A stretch of 64,000 nucleotides of DNA from Kudoa neothunni (lineage: Eukaryota > Animalia > Cnidaria). The translations under genes were made by a program, and so were the position numbers. This document shows, piece after piece, positions 1-13,005 of the stretch. How positions within the stretch are numbered: position 1 is the stretch's first letter; every line of letters starts with the position of its first letter. Below the pieces are notes generated by a model. The model saw only the letters and a program-made list of their open reading frames with translations, searched no databases and had not been told where the DNA came from. The DNA lies in assembly GCA_964304625.1 (NCBI GenBank), contig OZ199838.1, positions 1,963,927 to 2,027,926 of the forward strand. Direction: 5' to 3'.

Positions 1-2183
1 TGAAAATAATTGGACAACTCTAATGAATTAATATATAATATTGTGAACAAATTAATTAAAACTTATGCTATAAATATCAATCTTTGCAAGAATAAGTTGG
101 ATGTTCTTTGCAACATGGACGCTTACAGAGATCACATGTGATGGTTGTTTTTTATCTTTGTCTCGACGACACCAGATACATCTTTTTTCAAAAAGTCTCC
201 CCTTTTATTATTTGGGTCGTTAAATATCTTCTTGTAAGCTACAAATGCATTTACAAGTGAGATATCAATCATGTTGTAAAACACAACTAACGGCCATCCC
301 CTCTGGTGAAACGTCTCACTGAGATCGATGCCAACACACGATCTACAGTATCAACGCCTCGATTAGCAGCATTATACTGTAGAATAACATCTAGCTTATG
401 GGGAAACATTCTACAAAGTTTTGTGTTATGGTTGGATGTACAAATTAGGAGGACATTATTATTTTTCTTTGGAGTGAACGATACCAACATTTTCTTTTTG
501 TTGAAAACAAATTTTGATTCATTCACCGGGGTTTTTCTATTAGGGAGGAGAAATGGTGGTATAACTCGTTTGTTCAAACGAATTTTACTAATTATGGTCA
601 TTCTTCTTTTGATTAATTTATCATCCAAAGGAATCGATGGAAAATAATTATCGCAAACCGAACTGCATCCTGGACCAATTAGATTTTCGGTTAATTTCAG
701 AGCAATATTCTTACCAACACTATGAACTTTGACATCAGTCGAGCATTTTTTACCAATATATGCGTTCGTATTTAATACATAGAAAGTCTGCGGATCTATT
801 ATTAATAAAAATTTTAACCCGTATTCCGCAGGTTTATTCTTAATGTATTGCGTGAACGAGCAGTTACCCCTAAAGGATACAAACTGTTCATTAAGACACA
901 CATCAAACCCAGAATTATAACTTTTTCTCACAATATTGACCCAGATTTCTCTAATGGGGAAAAATTTATCCAGTAATTTTCTCTGATCTGTTGTATTTGC
1001 GCCGTCAAAATGGGTTGCTATAGTTAATTGTCTAAATATTCGCAAAGAGAATAAATCTATGTATATTTGACTGCCTTCAGTAAAACTAAACAAATCAACT
1101 AATGGCTCTTGTCGATCTTTACGGATAGCCGCATATAAGATGCAGCCAATAAAACCATGTATTTCATCACATCAACGTTTTCCCATTTATTCGCATAATG
1201 ATTATTCCCGTATTGGTTGGTAAATTCAATGATTTTGTTCATTATTTCCAACGGGAAAAGTGGTGAAAACATCCAGCGGCATTATAAATTCTTTGAGTGG
1301 CGTATGGAGTCACACCTTCTTTAAAAATTACTATTTTTTTCCGCTGCATCATTTGTTTTTCTTGTTATAAGACGCTCCACAAATTATTATTTTTATCAGC
1401 GAGGGAATCAGCCTTCGCTAATCATGGATTCATCTTCAAAGTCTTCATTATCAGACTCCCTTATATATATATATATATATATCGAATCTAATGTATCGAG
1501 GTCAGATTCATCGCTATTTGCTAACAAATATTCCATCGCCACAAAAACCATGTTTCGCGCTTGTGCGCTCGGACGAGTTTTAAGTATTTTTCATTTTTCA
1601 ACATGAAGCTACTGTTCGATTTGAGTTTTCTTTTATTAATGAAATTATTTAATTATACAGTATTGAAATTCCAAATAAAAATATGGGGTCTTTTTTCATC
1701 CCATTTGTTATCGTTACTTGGAGGGTGTGTTTTTCCAAATCCTTGCCATGTTGATTCATAATTTTTTAAGGTATTTGAGTTATAAAGACATATCTGAAAT
1801 CTTATTATTGACAATTTTCTGGTTTTAAAGATTTCCAAAGAAATTACTGGGAAGGGTTTCATAGTTGTTAGTTTTTTGTTTTAATATAAAAAATAATTCA
1901 TGTCTTATTAATTAAAAATTTTCAATATATATTTTAAAACAAAACCACAACATAATTAATCTGCATAATAAAAATTTCAATAAAATTGGGTATATTCAAT
2001 AAATAATTCAAGTTATTCATTTACTTCCCCAACTTTTCTCTTGCATCGAGAATTTTTTTAATTAAACCGATATTAAAATTATATACAATATGAACTTAAT
2101 TTTTTTAAAAATAAATAATTTGATAATTTTAAACCATGTTTAATCTGTCCATTGGTGGTGGACAATCGGAATGAAAGGGCTAA
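1..2183 (-). mobile_element. piggyBac (PGBD4-like) DNA transposon, degenerate; left end lies outside the window
   Basis: ORF 287-1093 has piggyBac transposase motifs (F-R-G-x-C-S-F-x-Q-Y-I-x-N-K-P-A-x-Y-G-L-K, CDNYF, YNxxxxGVDTVD). The first catalytic D reads N (CLNEQF). The acidic N-terminus at 1420-1536 is broken by a (TA)n tract. The right terminus GGAATGAAAGGG-CTAA at 2168-2183 is a decayed GGG-TTAA. Confidence 0.9.
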
Positions 2184-2859
2184 AATATTAAATGTATGAT
2201 TGGATTATGCATTAAAAAAAGATGTGCTCCGTGATAAGTTTATTGAACACATTAGAGGTTCACAAGGTAGAAAAATTAATAATCACTGATATAGACGGTA
2301 GACTATCACAAAAACCAGTATATAACTATAGATTTCGATTCAAAAATTTCCCATGATATTTTGAATTTATATAAAAGTTAATAATTTATTTAAAAAATAT
2401 CTGTTTAACCCATTTGAGTATTGGGTACCACTTTTGGAAAGCTGAAAATTGCGGTATGTTTTTAAGGAAGCGGCTATTGGCTTGGTAAATAATTTCCAGG
2501 TGACACTAGTTTTGACTGTATTTAATTATTTCTGGTCCAAAAAATAGAAGCAATATGTCACGTATAATTAAATACAGCAGATAATACAAAATTAAATCTG
2601 TACACAGTTTGTAAGTACAAGTTGCTGAGATTAAAAGTCTATGTTCGCATTCGTATGTGCTGTTTAGGATTAAATTTTACTGTGCCAATACCCTCTGCTT
2701 ATTTTTAATTTGAAATAAATTTTTTAATAATACGAACTTATGAACAATATTATAAGCATTTTAATGAGTTACACTTAATTTTCGTCAATATTAAGAAAAA
2801 TCAATCAAATTTTAATAAAAAATTAATTGAATATTCAATACCAAATAAAGTAGTAGGAC

Positions 2860-4760
2860 TCACTTGTTCCAAAAATTGGGGCCAAATTTGGTAAACTGGC
2901 GGTAGAATAGATAAAAAACCATCCTAAGGTTCGCGGTCTTGTCATAAAAATTTTCAGAGGAGTGAAAATCCAAAAAAATTATCTAAAAAATCATCCAATC
3001 GGCGTAACAATTGAAAAAACTTACGCAATCAGTTAGGCAAATTTTATAGCTGTTATCATTTATAAAAATGGGGTTGATATCTGAAATAAGAGTGTTTTTG
3101 AAATAGAAATCAACATCGATCAGACGGTAAAGATTGTCACAATTAGTGGCGGTCAATTTTGTGCTGTATAGATAATTAAAAGCATTATCCAAGTTATATA
3201 TTACCAGATGGCGCCATATTTTTTCATGAGGCTCACAAAAAGAGTGTCGATATTTTCATTCTCATCACCTAGAGAGTATAAAAATGCATCCGTAATCGAA
3301 GACCATGTTTTATATCTAAAAATGAGAAGTATCTCATCAGTCTGGCAATCAGTGAAAAATCAAAGTGACTTTCTGATGAAGCGAGCTATAGAATAGAATC
3401 TGGTGTCTGTATCGTTACATTCGATGAATTTGTAAAATTTGGAGAAAGAGGGAAATTGGGTCAACTCCAAATCACACAGGGCCAACAAGAGGGGGAACAA
3501 ACTTAGCGGCACATTGTAATATTGTGCAAGATGGGCACAGCATACTACAACTCCACTATAAACGCCGTGATTCTTGATTAACGTGGAAAAATGAATGAAT
3601 CCTTGATTGCCGGAAAAAACCAACATATTCTCATCTGATCCGACCAAAATTCCACCCAATTGTTCAACCACATTGTGTATCAACATGCCAATAGATTGAG
3701 GATGAGTTTGACTTGTACTACAAGTGTTTAATAACAAACACACTACCAACCTATTGACCCTTTCCAGCCTTTCAACTTGAAGTTGAAGTTGACTCGGCAG
3801 AGGGAAAACTCTCTACCACCCATAAATCTGTCTTATTTATTGTTACTAGTAATATTTTTAAAGCTAAAATAATATCTGAATAATTACACAATGTATTAAA
3901 ATCTATGTATCGCATCTCATAATAATACATAATCAGCATTAAATTACTAATTTGATACATAAAGAAAAATTATTATCTATTCATGTGCATTTTTAAGAAC
4001 TCAAACAAAAGCAGAGAGGCATTTAAAAATTGAATTAATCTTATACAGATTTTAATATTTGCAACATCCAAATTTTAATTTCTTTATTTTCTTAAAAAAC
4101 AAAATAATACGAATGAATGTAACCATAATTATCCAATAAAAATTTATTCAAAAATAAAACGACCAGATCATTAGAGCGCATTAATTCTTCCAAAAGTAGA
4201 AGAGTTAAAGTGTAGAAGCATAGAAGATTTTCAAAGACGATTAAATAATAAGGATTAGCTGGGGTTGGAACGGTCAACAGTATTAAAGTATTTGGATGAG
4301 GATCTTACGTGTTGAGCTGAATCACGCTAATATTCCTGCTACACAGACAAGCATCGACAACCGCCATAATTTTAGCATTGTCCATATTAATCGAAGATAT
4401 AGAGCCACCTTGATGATAGCTCTCATTATAGTCAGAGGGGCGAATTATAACAATGTGAATCCTATTAGAATTGGAATCGGCTAAACAGGTTAGAATTGAA
4501 AGAGCCTTTCTATAAAGAAGATTCAGGTTGTGGGGATCATCATCAAATTTTGAGTTAATTTCGAGGAAATGTATAAATTCGTACATACAAATCACTAATG
4601 TTCTGTTTATTAGTTGGATTGGTGGTATGTTGTTGTTCAATTTTCGTTCTACACATCGATAGATACCATCAACGTGTAAGCTCATTAGCTGGAACGGGTG
4701 GAGTGAAATATTTTGGGATATCAACGCAAGCGCGATAAATTTGTTTTTTTCATAACTCCG
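2860..4760 (-). CDS. Multi-exon divergent Asteroid/FAM120-like (PIN/XPG-family) protein; exon chain not fully resolved, may be partly decayed
   Basis: ORF 3360-3749 'VEQLGGILVGSDENMLVFSGNQGFIHF...AHLAQYYNVPLSLFPLLLALCD' resembles the Asteroid/FAM120 'VLSxDSDFxIF...LxxxxFPLFAxLxGND' block. Flanking same-strand ORFs at 4305-4724, 4092-4277 and 2983-3192 have GT/AG sites nearby. Confidence 0.4.
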
Positions 4761-4909
4761 TTGATAACAATGAAATAATTAGTATTCTAAATTACATACA
4801 AAATAAAAAATATCTATATTAGTCCATTTTTGTGTATAAAAACCAACAAATATTAATCCCATATTACCAACACTAATGTGGGTCACACGAATAAAGGAAA
4901 AATTGTTCA

Positions 4910-5112
4910 TAATCATAATTATAGATAGTCGACGTGATAAATATAATTATTTGGGCAGAAAAAAAGCAAAATTTTGAATTATTTGAAGTAAACACAAATA
5001 TGTATTAAAGTATATTTTTATGCGCATGTGCGTTTATTAATCCCCGAAATTTAACATTTTATTTCCTAGATTATCCGAGATTATAACAACAATAATAATC
5101 ACTAATAAAATA
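4910..5112. promoter_or_regulatory. Probable compact bidirectional promoter with an NRF1/Ewg-like GCGCATGTGCG motif
   Basis: Short gap between head-to-head genes. TGCGCATGTGCG at 5021-5032 stands out against an AT-rich background. Confidence 0.45.
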
Positions 5113-7035
5113 ATGTCGAAGAGCGTAGATAGAAACAGTAATTCCGGAGAATTCTATAAACAACATTGTAATTTAATACTGGAAGTATGTGTTTGGTTAT
5201 GCTATTCATTAACCGATTAATTCCATTTGGAATAATTATATATTTGATTTTGTGGTAGAAACTAATAAATTATGGGTCGAATCTCAAACAAATTAAAGAA
5301 TCATATAAAAATATGTTGAAAGCAATGGAAGGTATGTAACTATAGCAACGCAATATAATATTTAGTTTGTTATTTTTTATTGTCAAAGTACAATTAATAG
5401 ATATATTTTTTAGCATCTGTGATGGCGATGGAATCAATGTTGTATACGAATAATGCTATTGCGGATACAATGAGAAGAGGGCGCCCCAAGTCAACGTTAG
5501 GTAGGCAGTAAAGATGCAATAATTATACACCACTATTAAACATAACCAAATTAGCTGATAATATTCAACTCACTCCGAAATACATGCAAAAATATGAACG
5601 TGAAAGACTTTTTAGAGTATATTGAAGATCGAATAGCATAGATAAAATTATCAAACTAATTATGTAGTGTGCTAATTTTGTTAACAACCTCTTTCCGACA
5701 TATGAGAATTTGTATGAGAAAAAACTAAGAGCAATCAAAGTAACTATGTGTGTGTGTATGTGTTTGTTATGAGGTGGTATAGAATTATTTGAAAAACTTT
5801 GAAATCGAAGATAAAGATCGTTTGGTTGTAAGCTGAGTGGAAAATATGCGTGTTTATTTTTTGGTTGTGAGTAGGCAATAAAAAAACTAAAATCCAAAAA
5901 ATCCACTAAAGGAACCGATACAATCAACCATGTTATTATCATGCTGTCGTATACACAAAGTTAGATTTAAACATAAATCTAGGATAGAGATGATGCAGCT
6001 GACAAATATTTCGATTTGAGAACAGCTCGTGAAGATTGTTTACGTAAAGTAATTTTGTGTGTTGACAACAAACAGACAATTGATCTATCTACTTTTGTTG
6101 CTCACATCAAGATGTTGACCGAAGAAAATATTTTATACACCAATCTTCTTGAATTGAATAATTTACTACTGAAAAATAATATGTTCCTCAATGATTGTGT
6201 AATTTTTGGAGCCGATTTAAGAATTATTGCAATTAAAACTGATATTAATGGTGTTATTTAGTATTCGTTGAGGGCGTTTCGTCCACTGACTTTGGCCTAC
6301 CAATATCTACTCAATGATGTCAATAGCATTCCGCCGGAGTGTGATTTCATTATCAAAGTGAGTTTGTGTTTTGAACCTACATTATTTTTTTCTCGATAAC
6401 TTTAACCACCTAAAGAATCCTTCGCTATTTCTGGAATCTACTCACAACAAACCACACACAGAAGATGCAGTGTTTGAACAATCCACAGTCGAAAACCACA
6501 CTGATCTGTATAAATTCAAGTCTCTCCAACCCACTTCATTGTAAGTTGAATTACTTTTTTTATTTGGTTGTTATGATGCGATTGTAGAATACCTAAATTA
6601 GTAAAACATCAATTTATTTCTATCGATACTAAAGAAATCGACCTAGTTGTCGTAATTGTTTTCTGTGCTGATATAATTTTCTGAAATTTTGTTGATAAAG
6701 GGCGATATTATCGTTGTTTACACAGATGTATTTAATGGTTGGCAATATGGTATCAATATCACCACAGAATGGTGATTATTTTTTAATATTGTGTGCATTT
6801 TTGTATCCATCTCGTTTAGCGCCGGTTGGTTCCCTGTTTCCTTTACTGTTGACTCTAAAAAGTAGTTTTGTGTTATGTTCACAACCACATTTTTGTTTTA
6901 GTCCTGATGATATTGCAATCTTGAATGAATTTTTAGAAAAAATTCAGGTATTTCTTATGATATTTTAATATCTTACATTGTTTTAGAAATTTTAGTCCGT
7001 ATTTATAAATCTAGGCAATATTATCATTCATATGA
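5113..7035 (+). CDS. BAIAP2: IRSp53/BAIAP2-like I-BAR (IMD) + SH3 protein, multi-exon
   Basis: ATG at 5113. Spliced helical N-terminus (MSKSVDRN...KLINYGSNLKQIKESYKNMLKAM...AIKKLKSKKSTKG, compare IRSp53 AELKKLRKKSQG). C-terminal SH3 'VKHQFISIDTKEIDLVVGDIIVVYTDVFNGWQYGINITTECAGWFPVSFT' matches the IRSp53 GWxYG...GWFPxSxT pattern. Introns are short GT-AG. Confidence 0.75.
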
Positions 7036-7638
7036 ACGAATTAACAATTATTAAACTGATATAATAAACATTAAACTTTCTGTCAAATTATATTTTCTAT
7101 GGTTGTTCTTTCGCCAAAATATTTGCCTATTTCGGCCTAAAACCGTTGTATAATTAAATTAAATGTTTATACTTTGAATATGTCAAATTTAAGCGAGTAA
7201 TTGTTTGGAAAAATATTCAGTGTTTGTACTTACAGTAATCCCTCGCGGATAAATAAAACATGCTAGAATGTCTATAATTGCGTTAAATTATTTTATCTCG
7301 CGTATTATTTAAGAAATAAATTGTTTAATATGTTAAAATTACTAAAAAATATTGGAATATTAACTAAAACGGGGATTTCCTTGTAGGTAGGGGCGTCGGT
7401 CGAAAACGAATTGATGGGAGCGACGTTCAGTTTTGAGATTACCCTAATTAAATTTTAAATAATAATATGCCTCGGAACAACTAAAATAAAAGACCACATA
7501 GTAAACTCTCGATGTTGCCCAACTTTTGGAACCAAGGGAAATTAAGCAATAATTTTTTTTAAATGCTTTTTAATTTTTTCGCATTCCCGGTTTTTGGTTA
7601 TTTGATGTAATGATTGATAATTGAGATTGTAATCAAAG

Positions 7639-8519
7639 TTAACCCTCGAATCAAATACCTGGAGGTGGTCAGTCAGCGCTTATTATTATATCAATAACTT
7701 TTACAAAATATTTTATTTCCTTTTTCCCCTAGTATATTTTATAGTATAATAGTGATTTTAAAAATATTCACATAATGGGGTTTTACGTTAAATATTTTAG
7801 CTTAGAATACAAAAAAAAGATAAAAAGTTACACGAATATCCGAACATGCCACCTTATGAATAATAACGTTTAGATAGCTAAAAACTATAAAAAAGCTTTT
7901 CTGCTGTAAAACAAACTTTATAAATATACTCTGAAGGAGGGAATTTTCTAAAATTCATTTTTTTGTTACTATAACAACTTTATTCTGTTAACTAATTTAA
8001 TTTGGCATGGGAATCACGTATATTATAATAATTTTGTTAAATTACATATAAAAAAAATGGAAGGTTAAATATAGTTGTTTAAAGCTTAATTTAGACTATA
8101 TACATTTAACATATTTCTGTCTACAGGGGAAGAGATTTCATAATAAAATCATGGATTTTGAGAATAAAACAAAGCCTTATTTGCTATAGTAATAATAATA
8201 ATAGTAATATGAAGAAGAAAATGTAAAAAATGAAACAATATTAAAACAGTTTATCTCTAATTTTTCACGCAATTCAAAGTATGTACAGGCCTAATTATTC
8301 CAGTTCTTCACAATTACGCAAATAGGCGTCACAAAAATGCATCATTGATTTATTTTTATTAAATTTATTATATTCCCAGATGTAAAAAATAACGTAAATA
8401 ATTATATCCTCAACAATAAATGCAGTTATTTTTTTTATTTTAATACATTTTGGCGTGTGGTCACAACGGCCACCTCCAGGTATTCATGTAAATCTTTTCC
8501 TCGGGCGTTCGAGGGTTAA
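7639..8519. mobile_element. Non-autonomous piggyBac MITE
   Basis: TTAA-CCCTCGAA at 7639 and TTCGAGGG-TTAA ending at 8519. Subterminal inverted repeat AATACCTGGAGGTGG / CCACCTCCAGGTATT. Confidence 0.85.
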
Positions 8520-10860
8520 CATTAGTGCAATTAACAGCAGAACGGTATCACGCCCGTGATGATTCATTACATTATAATGTTTGATTGATTGTTTGTTTAT
8601 TTATTTTGATTTTATCTTCAATATTTCTCTGAGAGTGAGTCATTTTCGGTTATTAACGTAGAACGTTTAAAGATTAAAAGAATTAAAGTCAACAATTTCA
8701 GTTACATAATGGCAAGAACATCAATTTGTCCCGATTTGTGTAAAATCAAACCTTCAAAAATAGGTTCCGGTCTTCATGTATAATTATTTCTTTCTTTATC
8801 AATATAAAATTATGCTAAAATTTAACAAATTACGCAATATCGAAGGTTAACTGTAGTGATTTTGCTTCATGTTATAAATAATAATTTTTTATTGAAAGAA
8901 GGCAATATAAACCAATTAGCTGCCAAAAATAACTTATAAACAGGAGACGCAGTTTTTGGCGTTTATTTTTAAAAAATACGACGACTAAAATCGATTTTAA
9001 TCTTAAACTACGATCCTTATTTATAAATTTTAAGTAAATCTTAATTTAGACAATTGAGAAATCTGTTAATCTCAAAGTTTTTCCAAAAGTCCATAATTTA
9101 TATATTTATAAATGGATATGACAACAAAATATTATTGAAGTTAATGAAATTTCTAATATGGTAAGTTGATATAAAAAATTATGGGAATTCCTTAAATCCA
9201 ACGAATTTCCTTTGTTTATCGCTTTCAAGAAAAAAGCCCCACCTCGACAATATAATTCCAAGAAAAATGAACGATAAATTAATTTAATCATATCGTTGAA
9301 TTAAATTTTATATTGTTTTATCTTTTAGCATTATTAACTTTTTTATATAAAATTACCGCATGTTAAATTAAAATACGCGTGATGTTTAACGTGAGATTAG
9401 TTATTGTAATGTTGCTTATAAAACGTATTATTATTAATTTAGATATAGGATGTAGAGAAGCTATTGTCCGCTGTGGGGGTGCGAAACTCGGAACGAATAA
9501 GAAAGCATTGAGTTACAACAATAATTCAACCCGACTGCTTCGTGTTTTAACAGTAATCAACGAAAATATTCTTTGTTGTGTCAACTGCACATCTTGTCGA
9601 AAAGTGATTATTTAAATCAACTAGACTTAAAAAAACAATATTTATTGAAATTTTCCTACATTTTTATAACTATTTAGTATATAATTCATTTAAAAAAAGT
9701 GAACCTCATCCAAAAGAATGCGACTTGTAATAAAATATTTAAGGAATTATTATTCGATAAACTAATATTTGCGTTATAAATTTAACTTGAATTCAAAATG
9801 TTGTTTAATTGGTTTAAAATGTATAAAGGAACTTTTTCCTTGCATAATTGCGGTGTAACATTCCATAGACTATTTAAATATTAAATATGGTCAAATACAT
9901 TACTTAAATATTTTTATCTGTACAATAAACCTCGATTTTCTTAAAAATATTATTATTTTTAGCTTATAAATTTTTTTCAACAATGTGTTCTTATAAACTA
10001 AAGATATAATGTGTTTTCTACAATTAAATTTTCTTCGATTATTTTTTAAACAATGTTATACTTCAGAGTTAAAGGTTATTTGTAATAAAAAATTTAACAA
10101 CAGTAATAATCTAGTTTCATCAGCAATAATGTAAATAATAATTGAAAATAAAGTTTCAGCATTTTTGTTGTTTTGCAATGTTATGTTAATTCAACACAAT
10201 AGGTTGTTTGCGTTTATTTGTTATGAAGACAATTATCTAACATTTTATTCATGATTTTTCGTGTGTATGTGTGTGTATATATATGTAATAAAAAACAAAT
10301 ATTATATATATAAAACATTATTGAGCTCTTAAATAAAAATTAGCCCCCTCGAGATGATACGGGGTATTTCGGGGCTTCAATTTAGACGTTTTCCATTTTT
10401 CCCATAAACGTCGATTTCGTATCTTATTCAAATTCCGGATATTTTTCATTTACGAGCTAAAGTTATTTTCAAAAATATCAAATTGCACTAATCAACAATT
10501 ATATTAAAAATAGGGTTCTTTGAATGCATCTAACTATATTATCGAAAAAGTCTAATTTGACATCTTTTAAATACAATGAGCGTAATAACATTATTAGTTC
10601 ATAACAAAAATTCCGAAAATTTTAAAAATATATTTTTTTTACAAATATTTATGTTAGACTATGATAAAATCCGATGTATTCTAGTATTCTACTGAGTAAA
10701 TAAAGATTAATTAGAAATTAACGCGATTTAAATTTTTGTTGTCTGTAGGTGAATATTTAAACCTGAGTCTGATTTATATAAAATTTTTTTCTGAAAGTGA
10801 AATCAGATAATTCAGACCTAATAAGTGATTAAATTGTTGGGGTGGACATCAGTCATAAAA

Positions 10861-11378
10861 ATTTTTTTTTGTTTACAAGGTCAAACTCCGGCGCAACTTG
10901 TTAGGTTGTGAAGTTCGGGCTGGTTAGGTCTTCTCCATTTACGCTTTAGGCACCGCAGCGTCATATTAAGATAATTTACATTTATGCGGTAGTGTGGGAT
11001 TTTAACCTACTAAATATCCTCGTTTTGGAGCAACCACCCCAACCATACCCTGGACTAACCCAGAATTAGTCTGGGAAAGTCGTCTGAATGCGGGCGTCGG
11101 CTTTGCGAAAATCCGGAAATCCTCTACTGGGTTTTATTTCGTTCCTGTATCCCGGCGTTTATGATGAGTTTATGAGCGCCCGAGTTCTACTCTCCCCCCA
11201 GGTTCCTCTCCAAGCTGCAAGCAAGACCATGATAAATCGTAGATCCTTGCGATTAGATTACTACAGCCTTCCTACTTAATTTTGGATTAGGAGTACAGGA
11301 ACGCCCGGGCTAGGCTTCGAACTCTCAACCTCAGGATGATATGCGATCTCGACCTAACACCACTATGCCATATTGTGC
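10861..11378 (-). mobile_element. tRNA-derived SINE (~510 bp)
   Basis: Minus strand: A-box TGGCATAGTGG (11370-11360), B-box GTTCGAAGCC (11322-11313), relatively GC-rich body, poly-A end (T-run 10862-10870). Confidence 0.7.
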
Positions 11379-13005
11379 AGGCTTTTTAACCATAGAAAAT
11401 GAGCTTAGAACTAATCTGCGTTATTACAAAAATATAATTAATGGGAATTTTCCGAAATTCGTGGTCCATGTGCAAGTTGGGACATTTACGAATAATTGCG
11501 AAAACAACTTGTTAACACATATCATTTTGATTCATCTTAGATTTAAAAGTGGTATAATGACCTAAACTTCTTGTTGATCTACCATGAGTGGCATAATGAA
11601 TGAAACATGTGTGTTATATAATTCGAGGATTTATTACATTTTTCTAATTTTGAGATTTTTCAAAAATTTTATATAGTTGATAAGAAGTAATAAAATGAAT
11701 TGTTTATTTATGTGAGATTTTGTAGCAAGATGTTTAAAAAAAAGGCTAAAATTACAGGGATCCGACAATATCGCACACCGTCTCACGAGTGATTGTTCCG
11801 AGCTCCGTCCTTTGAGGGTTAAAGATAATTTTAAAAAAATATTAAAAATTTTGTTCTGTTAACATAAAAAAGGATCAAAACGCATCTCAAATTAGTAATA
11901 GCCACAAGAACTGGCAAAAAATGTGGTTTAAAGGTCTAATGATTGATTTAGCAATAACTCGCCAATGTGTGTGTATATAGGCAGATTCGCAAACTAATGT
12001 AATCAATAGCTGTAAAAGATATTTAATATGTAGAGAAAAAGTAAGCTAAGCGAGTTAAATTTTATAAAAAGATGTCTAAAATTTGAATTATTGTTCGAAA
12101 GTATTGTACAATCAATATTCTGTCGAATTTATATTTTAACTAGTTTTATAGGTATTTATAAAAAGATTAGACTTGGTGATATTATCGTAATATAGAAGCT
12201 ATAGATTTACACAATATTTGGAATGCGCACAGAATATGAAAACTACAAATTAAACGCTAATAATGTTTAGTCTTGAATTAGTAAACACTTCATATATGTT
12301 CAGTATAGGTGCTTATATATTAAATGCCCTATAATGAACCAAATAACTTAAAATGAATACTGCAATTATATATTAGATAAACGCTTGAACGGAGAATAGA
12401 TGGGTATTCTATTCATAGGATAAACAATTCTTAATAAGCCTGTTTTAAAAACATATTTATTTAATTCTTATCACCGATTAGACCATAATATTGGGTATTT
12501 TTATTGTGTTTAGATAATAAAATACTCATCAACAAATTTCTCATAATAATAGGAGCATATCAGAATTTTAACAAAAAATATATTTTTATAACTAAAAATT
12601 GTTATAATCTGCAAGATTTGTTTATTTTTAACATTTAATCCACTCACTACATTCCCGAATTTACACTATCCTATATGGCTCAAAAATATTCGAACAAGAA
12701 ATTTTTTTACAGTTATGATTAAAAATAAAAGGAAAAACTTATTAAAGTGGTATAAAAACTCAAAAATAATTTTTATAGTTGAAATAAAGCTGATTATATT
12801 AGCACATTGGTTCGAATTGGATCTATTCAAACTTAACAACTATATTCCACATTAAAATAGTTTAGAATACCAATAAAAACATTTTACCCAACACCAACTA
12901 TGAAAGCGATCCGAATACATGAATCCGTATCTGTCGACAATTTTCGGATTTTTATTAATCCGTTTGTTTGACGTAGTTTCAGTAGAGTAAAGTTAATTGT
13001 TTGCG

